Source: Chiloscyllium plagiosum
Taxonomy: Eukaryota
Reading direction: 5' to 3'
DNA: 64,000 nucleotides
NCBI RefSeq assembly: GCF_004010195.1
Contig: NC_057720.1
Span: 21,425,882-21,489,881 of the forward strand
Shown here: piece after piece, positions 37,860 to 51,216 of the stretch
Layout: each line of letters begins with the position of its first letter
Position numbering within the stretch: position 1 is the first letter of the stretch
Made by a program: the position numbers and the translations under genes
Notes under the pieces: model-generated
Told to the model about the DNA's origin: nothing
Seen by the model: only the letters and a program-made list of their open reading frames with translations
The model's database searches: none

Positions 37860-38110
37860 AGGGCTGAGATGAGGAGAAATTTCCTCACCCAGAGAATAGT
37901 GAGTGTGGAATTCTGTGCCACAGAAAGTGGTTGAGGCCAAAACATTGAACATTTTAAAATAGAAGTTAGATATAATTCTTAGGGCAAAAGGAATCAAATG
38001 AAACAGAGAGAAAGCAGGAACAGGGTACTGAGTAGACTGATTAGCCATGATCATGTTGAATGACAGAGCAGGCTTGAAGGGCTGAATGGCCCACATCCAT
38101 GTATGACTAT
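37860..38110 (+). mobile_element. CR1 3' end inserted in the Gypsy relic
   Basis: gagatgaggagaaatttcctcacccagagaatagtgagtgtggaattc...gaagggctgaatggcc. Confidence 0.8.
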
Positions 38111-38741
38111 ATCTTCCTGATTATGTGTTTGAGCTGTTACAGCTGGTTTGACAGACCCTGCTGAGACCACAGTGGTTGGATATAACTGAAATGTATGAAG
38201 TGGATGTTAGGATTACCTTCCAATTCAGGTTCAATAATAATTGTGTCAGTCTAAGAAAATATCTTTATTTTTATGGATTTAGAAGCTGACTAAGAGCATC
38301 CAAGATGGTCATTTGGGAACTTGGCTTGTTTTGTACTTCTAAACTTTACCCTTAGATCTTCACAAATAAACATTGTAGTCATGGAGGTCCATTTTGTGGC
38401 AGATTTTGAAAAGATCATTTCTAATGTTTTGAGATTGATATAAATGATTAAATGCTCAGTGAATGGATACATATGAAACCATTGTATCCCAAAAAATACA
38501 GCAAGCAACTCTCTTTTCATGTTTGCTTGAGATGTTATAAGCACCTTAGAAACAAATGCAATAGGCTTGACATCCTACAGCAGATATGTTCTGCAGTCTT
38601 TTTGGGATGCATCTATTTCAACATGGTCAGCTTGGCTGGATCATGATAGGGAAGTACACATACTTACTGGGTGATTGAGCATTTTGAGAAATTCCTCCAT
38701 ATGTGTGCTATGTTTTTTCAGAGATCTTCATAAAGAAATAA

Positions 38742-38908
38742 AAATAGAGATAGTTGGAAAAGCTCAGCAGTTCTGAGGAAGGGTCACTGGATCCAAAACG
38801 TTAACTATGATTTCTCTTCACAGATGCTGCCAGACTTGCTGAGCTTTTCCAGCAACTTCTATTGTTGTTTCTGATTTACGGCATCCTCAGTTCTTCCAGT
38901 TTTTTATC
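38742..38908 (+). mobile_element. PLE terminal-repeat fragment (family B) with short 5' inversion, inserted in the Gypsy relic
   Basis: Hammerhead-like ctgagga-a-gggtc-actg-gatcc-aaaa-cg-tta at 38773; 13-bp direct repeats with 1 mismatch. Confidence 0.8.
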
Positions 38909-41900
38909 CACAAAGAAATAATTTGGCCGTAATATTCGGAACACACAGAAGTGAAAAATTAAAATGTCTGTTGTGGTTAGGCATTTTATGTATGCCTTCT
39001 GTTTTTCTAGGACCAGATCTAATACCACTTCAGTACGTTGAACTGTAGAAATTGGTTTGGCTCATGTTGATTTGACATGTTCCACAGAGGTTTGTGTTAT
39101 GCTCAAGTTTCAGTCTTCTGATTGTTACAATGTCATCTGTGATACAGTGACAACCTTGTTGATGCTTGATAACACAATCATACATTGTTCAAATATATTC
39201 TAAATGGTAAGCTGAGGAAACAGTATTAACTAAAAAATGTTGTAAAAGTTGTGATTTCCTGTGATTCTGGGGAAAGATGTATGGATTAGTGTCCATTCCT
39301 GGGCAAAACGTTAATTCCCTTAGAGCTTGGGGTCCTCTTCCAAGATAGAATCCTTGTATGAACATCTTTTTTAATGCAATATTTAGTCAGCTTTGCTCTA
39401 AACTTACATCGATTTTGCCATCATTCATCCAAACACAAGTGATAGAGATGTACCGGTCATTATGATGCTTGACTTTCTGGACATTTAATGCTTTGTACCA
39501 TAGAATCCAATTCCCATTTGAGCTTTCTTTTGATGTGAATGCTGCATTTACAAGCTGGATTAGCTCTCATCCTTCAGGTGTTACAGGATTGTCTTTAAAG
39601 TTAGTGATAGCTTCATACCAGTCTGAGTAAAGGTTAGTCAGGTCGTGGATAAACTCAATATTGCAGTCTGGAATCTTTGTTGCAACTAACGATTCATCAC
39701 ACAGTAAGTTGTAAGAATCTACAGAGAGAATATATTGGCATTTAAGACAGATATTACCAATGCAAGTGTGTTAGGCCCATTGTAACTAATTAGCTTGTCT
39801 TATATGGATTGGACCATATTATGCAAAAGTTTCATAGTACATCATATACATTATGAAAAGGGATGATTTTTATATTGGTACCATAGTCAATTTGCCATAT
39901 AGTATGCAATAATACTCCTTATGAAATTGTTGTCCATTGCTCTCTCCAGAAAACACAATGTTAAGAATCTGTACTGTTGCTGCAATCTATTCTTTTTTTT
40001 ACTTATCACTTAGTCAGTTTAGCACTTCAGAATAAAATTGCACCATGTTGCAAACAAAACTGCTTCAGACTCATTACTGATACCCGGGTATTATCTGCAA
40101 TGGTGAGGGACAGCTGGCTAGGCTTCAATCACTCAGCTGGGTCTGTCCTTCCCTGAACTCTGAACTCGGGGTCCTGCTTCTGGTTGCTAGGTTACGCTAC
40201 CAATGTCATCATAATACACATTTTTGAATGCTTTTCTCCTGAAAGTTTGACACCCACTTAGGATCCTTGTGACTCAAAGATCATCCATCCAAAAATCGTA
40301 TAGACAAGATACATCTGTTTTGTTGTCTTCCCTTCGGTGTTTAATTTAGTCACCTTGATAACACAAAGCCCTTTAGCATTCCTTATCACGAGATCTCTGC
40401 TTAATGAACAGTGCCTGTTTCTGCCTTGCACAATAGGCTATTATTCCTGTGAAGGCAACCACTTTTTATTTCCTATTATCCCTGTAGAAATTTAGCTATT
40501 AACTATTCTGGTACAGTGTAGGAATTAAGATGCAGCCATTTGGCTACAGAATTTATTGCTTGGATGGAAGTACAGGCTTTAGTATTTCTGTCCGTGTGGT
40601 GTGTCAAGTTTACCACACGTACTGACTGACTGGAGTCCATAAAATGCAATGCTGTGTTATCTCTCAGACTTCTTTGGTATTGTTCTTTGGTTAGCTCTTC
40701 TTCACGTCTTACTATGGAACATTGTATTTTGCATTGGCCTAAAATGTGTAGGAAGTCCAGTCGCCCAGAGAAACACAAGCTCTCTTGTAGAACATCCCTT
40801 GCTTATGTCACAAAATGCTAGACACTATCTTAGTGGGCCAGGCACCTTTTACAAGGTTTGAAGCTTGCACTGAACCTGCTGATTACTGCAATAGTTGTTC
40901 TGTGTTGCAGGTCTGCTGTGATTACTGCAAACAGAACATCAACAATATATTCTTTGGGTTTGCTCGAATGTTTTTTTTTGGAAGGCTTTGATGGATGTAG
41001 AGGCAAAGACCCGTTTCATAGCCTTTTGGCGAAGTTATCTTCAGTGAAATCACATTCCACTCTGCATTGACACATGCCTACTATTTGATTGATTGTTTTA
41101 CTTGTCTGCCATCGGTATGATATGAACTCAAATCTGTGTATCTTAAAATTGACGCTAACTTCAAACTGATCTTTTAAAATCTGAAATTAAATCAATAGGA
41201 TCTATGTGATCATTGTCAGGAGGATCTAATTTTATCTCAAACCCTTCAATTTCAGAAATGAGTAGAAATTTAACTGTTTATCATTCTTTGTCAACTACCT
41301 ACTCTCACATAAAATAAAGATTGACTACTTCTTCAAGCAAGGGAAGTTCTGCCAGAATATCAATAGATTGTCAGTCCATGGCAAGATGTTTGCTTTCCAT
41401 CTACTCAAGTAGTTTTCTCGTTTTTTAGAATGGCACTGTAAAAATCTGTACAGCACTACTCTGCAATGTGTTTTTATTAGTTATTAACTTCTCTTGTATT
41501 TTCTCTATTTTTGAATGCTCCTGTTCATTTAAAAGTTGCAAAATTAATTTCCATATGTGATATTTCATACCAAAATTGAGACAGTGATGGTGCAACAATG
41601 TCTTTTTATTTTTGTACAATTTTCAGAGAAGAGAAATGGCTGAAGTAACTGAATTCTGGACAAAATGTGGACGTTTTATCTGTAATTTGTTCTGGGGACA
41701 TTTTCTCACTTTGGAGCTGTCCTTTCAGCATCATTTAAACTACCATTTTGTTTTAATTAATACTGTCCTAGGTGCCTTGTAAATTATGTTTTTTTTGAAA
41801 GACAGAGGGGGTTGGAGTACTCACTGCTTTAGTATAGGTTTATATTACAGTAACTTAGTCTTGGTTGTAGTTGTGATTTCAGCTCTGAACTCAGAAAGGC

Positions 41901-42349
41901 TGAATGACTGTTAGGAAAATAAGTCTATGACAACTGCCATGCTGCTGTCATCTTTTCAGCCTTTAGCATCCACTTACTACCACTAACTCACTGTCACAAC
42001 TAGCATTTAGTTAACACACCATCTTCACCATGATGCAGCTTGTGGTTTGCTGTGAGTCCACATGACATAACAGAGTCGAATTCCTATTGAGGCAGATGAA
42101 CTGAAGTATATTACAATACTAACTATTTATGTGGCTATAATATCATGGATCTAGATGCATCTTTTGGATTTGTTTATTACTATATATCACTTACACATAA
42201 CTGAGTGACTGAAGTCTCTATGTTGACTGCATTAAACAGAGAGTGCAACAGAAGGCAAGGTAGGTACCTTTTATGCCAGAATGTCAGGCTTCATGTAATA
42301 GTTTTAAATATCTAGTCTGGAATCTATACCATAACATAACAATCTTACT

Positions 42350-42670
42350 GAAACATATAATGTTTTGAGGGAATTTGATGTGGTGGGTGCTGAAAGGATG
42401 TTGCTGCTGAGTGAGATACTAGAACTAAGGGACACAGCTTTAAAACATGCAGCCAAATATCTGAGTTGGGGATGAGAAGGACTTTTATTCTTTGAGCATC
42501 ATAGGTCTTTGGAACTTTCTTGGCCGGCAAACAATGGAGGCAGGATCATTGAACACATATAAGGCAGAAGTAGATTCTTGAATAATGACGGAGTCAGGCC
42601 ACATGTTATTGAGTCATTATTTTATTAAGTGGTAGGGCAGGCTAGAGGGGCTGAAAAATCTACATCTTTC
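42350..42670 (+). mobile_element. CR1 3' end, decayed
   Basis: ctagaactaagggacacagctttaaaa...gatgagaaggacttttattc. Confidence 0.6.
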
Positions 42671-42945
42671 CAAATTTGCACATTCGTATGTATTCGAATT
42701 CTATTAACATGCAGGGCAGACAACCTTTTGTGACATGGGCTATTCATATAGGGCAAATTTAAATGTGCAGCAGTGCTTGGAAACTTGTATAGAGTTTGCA
42801 TTTGTAGGACACTGTGTTTATGTGTTTGCACGGGGGGTGAGAATTTCTGTACTTGTGCCTGTACCTGAAATATGGGTGACATCACACCAAGTTTACAATT
42901 AAACATTGTTGGCAAATGGTAGTCTTGCAAAAGAGAATAAATCAC

Positions 42946-43077
42946 CCTTCCTGAAGAAGGGCTTATGCCCGAAACGTCGATTCTCCTGTTCCTTGGATGC
43001 TGCCTGACCTGCTGCGCTTTTCCAGCAACACATTTTCAGCTCTGATCTCCAGCATCTGCAGTCCTCACTTTCTCCTC
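42946..43077 (+). mobile_element. PLE terminal-repeat unit (family A)
   Basis: Matches 60410-60535; flanked by aaatcac at 42939-42945 and 43078-43084. Confidence 0.85.
42951..42978 (+). ncRNA. Minimal hammerhead ribozyme motif, intact core
   Basis: CUGAAGA-A-GGGC-UUAU-GCCC-GAAA-CG-UC: all core nucleotides, perfect 4-bp stem II, GUC cleavage triplet. Confidence 0.75.
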
Positions 43078-43339
43078 AAATCACAGATATACTCTGACAC
43101 CCATTTAACAACCAACTCATTCCTACTATGTGTGGTGCCTAACATGTTGAACCCCATACCTCAGTGCTTCCTAAACCTTTTAGCAATGTAGCCCCATTTA
43201 ATAATTCAAAAACTCATGCAACACCCGACCTCCCCAAAACGAAGTTGGCATAGTAAAATTCAGAATATAATTATTAAATTTCATGTATGACAGATGAAAC
43301 TAAATACGACACATATATAAATATAAATCTATTTTAAGT

Positions 43340-44152
43340 TAAGATAATGGGAAATAGGACCAGGGCTGTGTCATTTGGATGATTAATCCTGGTCCACTAT
43401 TCAATAAGATCATGGCTGATTTGAGTGTGAACTTAAGTCAATATAAGGCTGCCTAACCCCATTCCCATAACCCAGACGTTTGTGTAAATCAGCAACCTGT
43501 CTAACTCCATCTTGAATTTATTCAGTGACCTAACCCTAGTGTTTACTGGGAAAGAGAATTCAAAGGAGTAACAACCATCTGAATGAAGAAATTTCTCCTC
43601 ATCTTTGTCTTATTTTGAAATTTTGCTCCCTCATTATGGATAATCTGTGGAAAGGGAAGGACTCTATCAGTATCTATGCTGCCAAGATCCTCTACATTTT
43701 CATATGATGACACTTATTTTCCTAAACTGAATATCAACCCCTCCTGCTCAGCCTTTCTTCATAAGACAATGAGGCCATACTAAAAATTGTATTATTTTGG
43801 GTACTCACCTCTCAGTAGAGTCATAGAGTCAAACAGCACGGAAACAGACCCTTTGGTCCAACTTGTCCACACCAGCCAAATTCCAGACTAAACTAGCTTC
43901 AGTTGCCTGCACTTGGCCCATATCCCTCCAAACCTTTTCTATTCATAAACTTATCCAAATGTCTTTTAAATGTAACTGTGCCTGCATCCACCACTTTCTC
44001 CAGCAGTTCATTCTATACATGAAGCACACTGTGTAAGAAAATGTTGCCCCACATGTCCTTTCTAAATCTTTCTCCTCTCGCCTTAAAAATATGCCCCCTA
44101 GTTTTGAATTCAACTACCCTAGGGACAAGACCCGTGTTCTTCTGACCTTCAT
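43340..44152 (-). mobile_element. Two CR1 3' ends (older 43340-43775; HER1-like 43815-44152)
   Basis: caataagatcatggctgat UTR; tail agagtcatagagtc with body matching 52683-53010. Confidence 0.8.
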
Positions 44153-44196
44153 GGGGAAACATTGGAAGAACAGAGTGCGGGTCTTGAGGTAGCTGA

Positions 44197-44297
44197 GTGT
44201 CTCATTCCTGATGAAAAACTGTTGCCTGAAATGTTGACTTTCCTGCTCCTCGGATGCTGCTTGACCTGCTGTGCTTTTCCAGCACCACTCTAATCTT
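44197..44297 (+). mobile_element. PLE terminal-repeat unit (family A)
   Basis: cattcctgatga...cctgctcctcggatgctgc...ttttccagcaccactctaatc; flanked by gtagctga at 44189-44196 and 44298-44305. Confidence 0.8.
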
Positions 44298-44539
44298 GTA
44301 GCTGATGGAGAGTCCAGTTTACTCTGCAGCATTGTGACTGAGCTGGGCTCTGACTGTCAGCAGTTCAGCAGCAGAGGCATCACCACTGCATTTATCATCA
44401 GTGCTCATGGCCTGGGGTGAAGAGAGAGACATACACTGTACAGGCCGGACTGGATGCTGATTGGGCCATTGTGTTGGTGCCGGGTGCTGTTCTGGAGGAG
44501 GGAGTATCATTTAAATGGAGAAAGACTGTAGAAAGTCAC

Positions 44540-45240
44540 ACTAAAGCGGGATTTGGTAGTCGTAAATCCCTAAATCGCAAAATGCTATTGCACAGGTTCA
44601 ACAGGTAATAAGGAAGACAGATGGCATTTTAAAGGCAATAAAGTATACAAATAATGAAATCTTGTTATATCTGTACAAGACACTAGTCAGACCATAGATA
44701 AAATACTGCAAACATTTTTAGCCCCTTTTTCGAAGCAAAGATACATTGGCATTTGATGCAGTCCAGAGAAAGTTCACTAGGTTGATCCCAGATTTAGAGG
44801 GATTGTCTTGATAAAGGAAATAGACGAGTTTAGGCCTGTACTTGTTGGAGTTTAGAAACATGAGAGGTGAGCTTGTTAAAACATTCAAGATTCTGAGAGG
44901 ACTTCACAGGGAATGCAGAGGGGATGTATCGCCTTATGTAGGAGTGTAGGAGTAATGGACTTAATCTCAGAGCAGTGGGTCACCCAGTTAGGACAGAGAA
45001 TTTCTTCTGAAGATAGTGAATCTATTGAATTCTTTACCATAGAGAGCTGTTGAAGCTGGGTTAAGTATAGTCAAGGCTGAAATTTGTTTTTAATCAGCAA
45101 GGGAATCAAAGGTCATGGGGAAAGGGCACGAAAATGGAGTTGAGGATTATTGGATCAGCCATCATTTTGTTGAATGGCAGACCACACTCGATGGGCTAAA
45201 TGGCCTACTTCTGCTCCTGGCTCCTATTATCCTATGGTCA
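44540..45240 (+). mobile_element. CR1 LINE 3' fragment
   Basis: gtccagagaaagttcactagg (VQRKFTR), atgagaggtgag (MRGE) and the 3' UTR. Confidence 0.8.
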
Positions 45241-47189
45241 TTCCCAACCCTACTCGCTGTCTCGGGTCATGTTCCATAGTTTGGGAACCACTGCCATGCA
45301 TCATTTCTGCAGTGTATGTCCAGGCTGTTTTTGATTGGGAGATTTTCTCAGCTTCATCCAGGATTGTGTTTCTGTAGAGGACTTCCTGCAAGCTGCACCA
45401 GCAAGGAACAATTCTCTTTTCTTTTCTCTTAAAAGAACAATTTCTCCTGTCAATGGTTTGACAGCATTAAAGTGGCAGGTAGCCCTTAAAGAGCTCCTAT
45501 TACTGGGTCTTCAACTCCTTGATTTTAATGCACTCACTCATGGGATGTGCACTGAGTGCTGTTGGATTGATGATTTAGGTGTCTTAGAAGAATGAAAGAG
45601 GAGTCCTTCTAACATCACTACAACCAGTGACTCAATTTTCCAACAATCTAACAGGTAATACGTTTCTTGCTGAATTGTAACACGACACTTACTAAATTGG
45701 AATTATTATCCATTAATATATTCTCAGGTGGGATATGTGCAAAATGCCAACTGAATGCACAATGCTTCTTCACAAGATGACTTTTGATACTAGGCCAACA
45801 TCACCATTTTCACACACCTCCCAGCAACTAATTATCACGTGTGATTTGCAAAGAGCCTGAGGGTTCCCATCCTCAACTACAGGGAGGAAGGAGATCTGGA
45901 TGCCATTGATTTCTTTTTGTGTATGTATGGTCATCAATAGAAGAGCTGCTGTTGTTTTCTGACGGGATAGAACCCAAGTCTTTGCCCTGAGCATTCTTCC
46001 TCACAGATGGTCAGGTATTAGCGTTAGAAATAGCACATTTTTTCAGTGCTGTGAATTCAGGCTACTTAAAGCTAAGGAAGTGGTAAAAGCTAGTGGGTAG
46101 TCATAGCAACCAATATTGGGAGCAGAGGCAAGACCTGATGTCATGCAAATCAAGCTGGAGTGGCTACAGAACCGAGTGGGGAAGTGACAAAAATAGTGGG
46201 ACTGAAGACAGGCAAGTACAAAAGCCTGATGTGAAATGGGTGGCCTGCTACTGAATACAGACCTTCCTTTTCTTGTAGTTGCTGTTGTTCTTAGAAACTA
46301 ATTACTTCCATGTTGTGTAAAGCAAACAAGAAGAACTCAGCAGCAGAAAATCAATAGCTGTGTTGTAACAGCTCCATCTGCAGCTCAAGCACTGTCAAAC
46401 TCTGCTCGACTGGATCAGACTAATCCTAATGAGTTTTTTCTCCTTGAAGCAATTAGCTAGCTGTGCTGGTGTGTATATGCAATCACATGGTTACTGTAGC
46501 AAAACGATGAAGACAGTGGAAAGAGGAATATGTTGTTCTTAAAAGTTAACGACTGCTTTGCAACACTTGGCCAGTTAGATTGTGCTCTGAATGTTAACGT
46601 CTCTGGGTTGTATCATCTATCTTTGGACTGCAGGCTATTTTAGTTTTTTCCCAGAATATCCTTGTGAGGTTGTATATCCACTGGATGAAGATTTTGAAGT
46701 TATGAAATATTCCGATTTCTCCAGTCCTGAAAGCTAAACGAGCAAATCTCCCAGGGCTTTCTATTTGGTACTGCCTTCCATATTATTTTACCCGGACTCT
46801 TTTACATTCGACATATAGCATTCACACAGCTAAAAGCTATAGATTTCCGTTCACCAAAGATACACCAAACAGTTAATCTGCCCTATGAGTTCCATTGTCC
46901 AGCCAAAGGCCATTTGTTTCTCTGTCTGCACATGTTAGCTCCATCTACTATTCTCATCAAGTTTTTCATTCTTCACTGGGCATCTGGGCATCACTGCATA
47001 TTAGTTGCCTATTCCTAAATGCCCAGAGTGTAATTAAGAGTTAACCACTTGGTTGTTGGCCTGGAGTTGCATGTAGGCCAAACCAGGTAAGGGTGGCAGA
47101 TTACCTTTCCTACAGAAGTTTACACCCCACTTTTAGAATTATGAGAAGATCTAGTCACCACACCTTAGTAGGTTACATTGTCCCTGGAT

Positions 47190-47630
47190 GGAGTATAACA
47201 TAAATTTACAAGAATTATACCAGGACTTCAATGGTTTAAGTTAAGAGCATTATAAAATTATAGGAGAAAGTAGGGACTGCAGATGCTGGAGACCAGAGTC
47301 GAGAGTGTGGTGCTGGAAAAGCACAGCAGGTCAGGCAGCATCCAAGGAGCAGGAGAATCTGCTGCTTATCGGAGGCTGCCTGACCTGCTGTGCTTTTTCA
47401 GCACCACACTGTAGACTATTATAAAATTATGCCTGCTTTCTCAAGCGTTTCGAAGGTTAAGGAGTGATCTGATCAAAGTCTTCAAGATATTAACAGGAAA
47501 ATAAATGATTTCTACTGGTTGGAGATTCCAGAACTAGGGGGCATAGCCTTAAAATATAAGGCCACACCATTCAGGAGAGACGTTAGGAAGCTCTTCTACA
47601 CATAGAGTGGTAGACGTTGGGACCTGTCTC
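47190..47630 (+). mobile_element. CR1 fragment split by a PLE fold-back unit
   Basis: KFTRIIPGL...RRLRSDLIKVFKILTG is collinear across the insertion. Confidence 0.75.
47262..47417. mobile_element. PLE terminal-repeat fold-back unit (family A)
   Basis: Inverted arms; perfect 13-bp direct repeat attataaaattat at 47249-47261 and 47418-47430. Confidence 0.85.
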
Positions 47631-48828
47631 TTTACAACAATTAGTTACATAGTCACCATCAGGCTAGCTTTTGATTTCACATTTTTATTTTGTGAAATTT
47701 GAACTATGTTGAGACTTGATTTCATTTCCCTGTGGTTCTTGATTGTTAGCCCAGTAACATTGCCACAATGCCACCATCTTTGTAGGCATCTTCCTAAGCC
47801 TGGAAGATTTGTAATGATTTTGTCCTCATTTTGAAATAATTTGCTTTGAGGGTCATTTAAGAAATCTCTTCCTGACAATTAGGGAGCATCTTTAATCAAT
47901 CTTCGAGGCCTGAAAAAAAAATCAGGCAGATCCAGGACACATGAAGCTTTTCGGTACAAAAGTCCTTCAAAACATTAATTGGAGACCAGGTGAACTGACA
48001 ACATTTATACGAGAATTTGGATTTTGTTCATGATTTAGTGTATTTGTATGTATAGAGGAGAAAAATATTGTCAACATTCGTAAATCATGTGATTCAGAAT
48101 CATTGAATCTTAGACATCATGGAGGCCACTCAATCTAAGTACCTCTGCTGGTTCTTTGAAAAGAGCTACTAATTTTAGTCATGGATCTGAGCTTTTTCAC
48201 TATAACACGATGAATCTTCGAGTATGTTTGTGATTCCTTTTGAAAGTTTAGATACAATCTGGTTCCATCATTCTTCCCTCATGTTTTCCAGATCTTATCA
48301 ACACCACTGTTAGGGGAAAATAAATCTTTCATTCCTTTCTCATTTTTTTTCCAATTTCAAAGCAAAAATCGGTGAGTGATTTGTTTAAATATCCATGAGT
48401 CTCACAAGATACACAAAATGTTATCTTCATATGTGAACTTTTTGTTAGTTGGTCTCACCCCCATAAAATAATTGATCAAAGTATATTCATACATATCCAC
48501 ATTACGTTCTACTCCCATTCCAAACCGGGTATTATTTAGATTCCTTTTATTTTGAATCAGAGAATTGTCTTTCTAAAAGAATATTTGTCAAACCTTGGCC
48601 AGGGGACTTTTACTGCTGAGGTTGGGGTACAGACTTGGAAAATTTCCCAGCTTTCTATTGCCATCCCAAAAGCAATAGTCCCAATTGGCTGGATTGTCAT
48701 TTCCCAGGGTGAGAGTACATGTTGCGGAGTCCTGCTGGCCAGCCCTAGAAACAGCAGGGAGGTGACTACAGGGACTGCTGAGCTATCAAAGTGAGTTGTT
48801 TAAAAGACTCACCTGAGTTCACTGGGGC

Positions 48829-49021
48829 AAAAGCATCAACTGCTGGAGAAACTCAGCTGGTCTGGCAGCATGTGTAGGAAGAAAACTAAGTCTGCTCACC
48901 AAACTCGAAACACTAAATGTGCTTTCTTCCCACAGATGCTACCAGACCTGCTAAGTTTCACCAGCGATTTCTGTTTTTGTTTCAGATCGCCAGCATCCAG
49001 AGTTCTTTGTTTTATTATAGA
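48829..49021. mobile_element. PLE terminal-repeat fold-back unit (family B)
   Basis: gctggagaaactcagctggtctggcagcat / atgctaccagacctgctaagtttcaccagc; 11-bp direct repeats with 1 mismatch. Confidence 0.75.
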
Positions 49022-50759
49022 TTCCCTGGGGCTTTGTCACATTTGTAGTAAAAGCAGCCATGCTCACTTGTTATGACCCTTTTCTCAACCTCATCCACTG
49101 CTAATGCCCAATCCATGTCAAATAATGACCTTCTACGCAATCCAATGACATTAAGTGTGACCCTGGAGAGTGCACCAGGGAACAGTTTACATTCTAATCT
49201 TTATCAGAATGAAAACCTGCAATAACATGTCTCCTTTTTCAGAAATAAAATGAAATTCTAAATATCTTAATGTAGACTTCATTGTGTGTATATAAAGTGC
49301 ACTCTCATTGATCAAAGCTCATGCAATATATTTAAGTTCCTTTAGTCCAGTAAGTACTTTTGAAAAAAAGAGTCTTCATTACATCACATCAAAAACAACC
49401 CCTCAGAGTTGTTATTCAAACTGTAAACTTACAAGTGCCCACTATAGGAAAAAAATAGTTGATGAATCAGTTAAGTAGTAATAGTACTGTAGTGATAAAT
49501 GTTCAGGCTTATGTCAATAAATGGCTCCTAAAATTGTAAGCCGTGATCTTCCTTTCAACTGAGAGTCACAGGAGGCTGTTTATTTTTAAAATTTAAATAA
49601 CATGAAAGCTTGACTTTGTACAGACCTTAACCATGTGCTATGCAAACTCTTATCTACTTGTAAGAAACTCAATGGGGAGGATATTCAGATTTGAAGCCCC
49701 TGTGCCATGTCAGATAAGGTGCGTCATCTCGGGAACTCTGCAAAAATATTGGTCATCATTGTAGAGAAAATAGACTTCCACAGAGTCTGATGACATCAAG
49801 GAAAGAGAGAGTGTGGGAAAGTAGCATTGAGGGAGATGACTAGCTACGAATAGATTGAATGTCAGAGAAGGCTTGATGGGCTGATTGGCCTACTCCTCTT
49901 CCTTTATTCCAAAATTTAAGATTCCATCAGTGCCATTATGGCATTGAATACAAATAGAATAAAGACATAGCATTTCTTGTGAATCAAATGTTTAAAAGTC
50001 TGTGTTCCTTTGAAAAGAATCATCATGGCAATAATTGCTTTTAATAGCATTCTACTAAATGTGGTAACATTTCTCTTGGGAAAAATACTCACTAGCCCTT
50101 CTTGATGCTTGACAATTTACCCCCTTGTCACTGAACAGTGCTTAAACCAGAATGTTCCTGTTTAATTCCTTCCTCTACAATTTGGGGGACAAAAAAATTA
50201 AAGGGTGGATTTTAACCCATTGCTCCATGTGAGGCATGAACAAAAAGTGCACCAGTTTGATATGGAATCTCATTAAATTGTAGTGGTCCAGACCCTCCAT
50301 GTAGCGTTGAGATCTCCATTTTACATAATACATTCATGGGGTCTGGGTATTGCTGACAAAGTCAATAGTTATTGCACATCCTTAACAGCCCTTTGAAAAA
50401 GTAATTGTTGTGATATGATGTGTGTATACCTTCTTTGTGAAAAAAGGTGATTACTTAGCAATAGGGTGGTGCAAAAATGACTTGCCACATCTCAGCCCCA
50501 GCCTGGATATTGTTCAGGTCTTACTGCATTTGGAAATGGACTGCTTAAGTCCAGCAGTCCACCTACAGTTTATTGCTATCCCCAGGACATGATATGATGT
50601 AATAGTCCCACAACTTAAAGTCAATATGCAGAAACAGTATTGTGATTAACATTGTACATGTAAAGTCTTTTCTTCAAATAAAGAACTTAATACCTGGGAT
50701 AAAGGACTTAGCAAATGGGGGGTAATTAATTAAACAAGCTGGTCCTAAACCCGCTGGAG

Positions 50760-51216
50760 TTTCACAAAAGAAATTCGTGATCTTATCAAAATATGAAAGA
50801 TCCTGAGGGGGCTTACTAGACTGAACACTGGGAGGCTGTATCCTCTTCAGGGAGACACTATAACGAGGTGCCACGATTTAAGAATAAGAGGTTTCACTTT
50901 TAGGATAGAAATGTGAATCTTTTTGTCTTGAATTCACTAGTACGTGAAATTGTCTTCCTCAAAAGCAGCAGAGATTAGGTCATTGAATTTATTCAAGGTA
51001 GTACTAGATTTATGACAGATGAGGAATGGGGGAAAACCTCCCTGCTGGTTGGAGTCATACTTGCACATAGGAAGATGCTTGCAGTTGTTACAGTGAGAGC
51101 GTGGGTAAGTGGATCTGAGTCCACGAGAAGATCAGCCATGATCTTATTGAATGGTGGAGCAGGCTCTAAAGGCTGGATGGCCTACTCCTTCTCCTAGTCC
51201 TTTTGTTCTTATGTTA
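50760..51216 (+). mobile_element. CR1 3' sequences interleaved with an L2-like fragment
   Basis: CR1 ORF2 end 50760-51027 and CR1 UTR 51090-51216, separated by ~65 bp of L2-like RT sequence. Confidence 0.7.

Larger units (their letters stand above)
37050..41560 (-). mobile_element. Gypsy LTR retrotransposon internal relic (gag-RT-RNase H-integrase)
   Basis: Minus-strand peptides: gag-like ECDFTED (~41050), RT YCFLSLPFRI (~39210) and HCITDDIV (~39140), RNase H RELLAVFFGIQWFHMY (~38490), integrase YILVIDYCNKFP (~37600), ITSFLHYPHLKGLAE (~37410), SPAVLMFGR (~37275); many stops and frameshifts. Confidence 0.85.

Noticed and set aside
42711..43230. hAT-like terminal sequences (cagggcagacaacctttt; cagtgcttcctaaacctttt)
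   Set aside because: No matching inverted partner or 8-bp duplication could be found.
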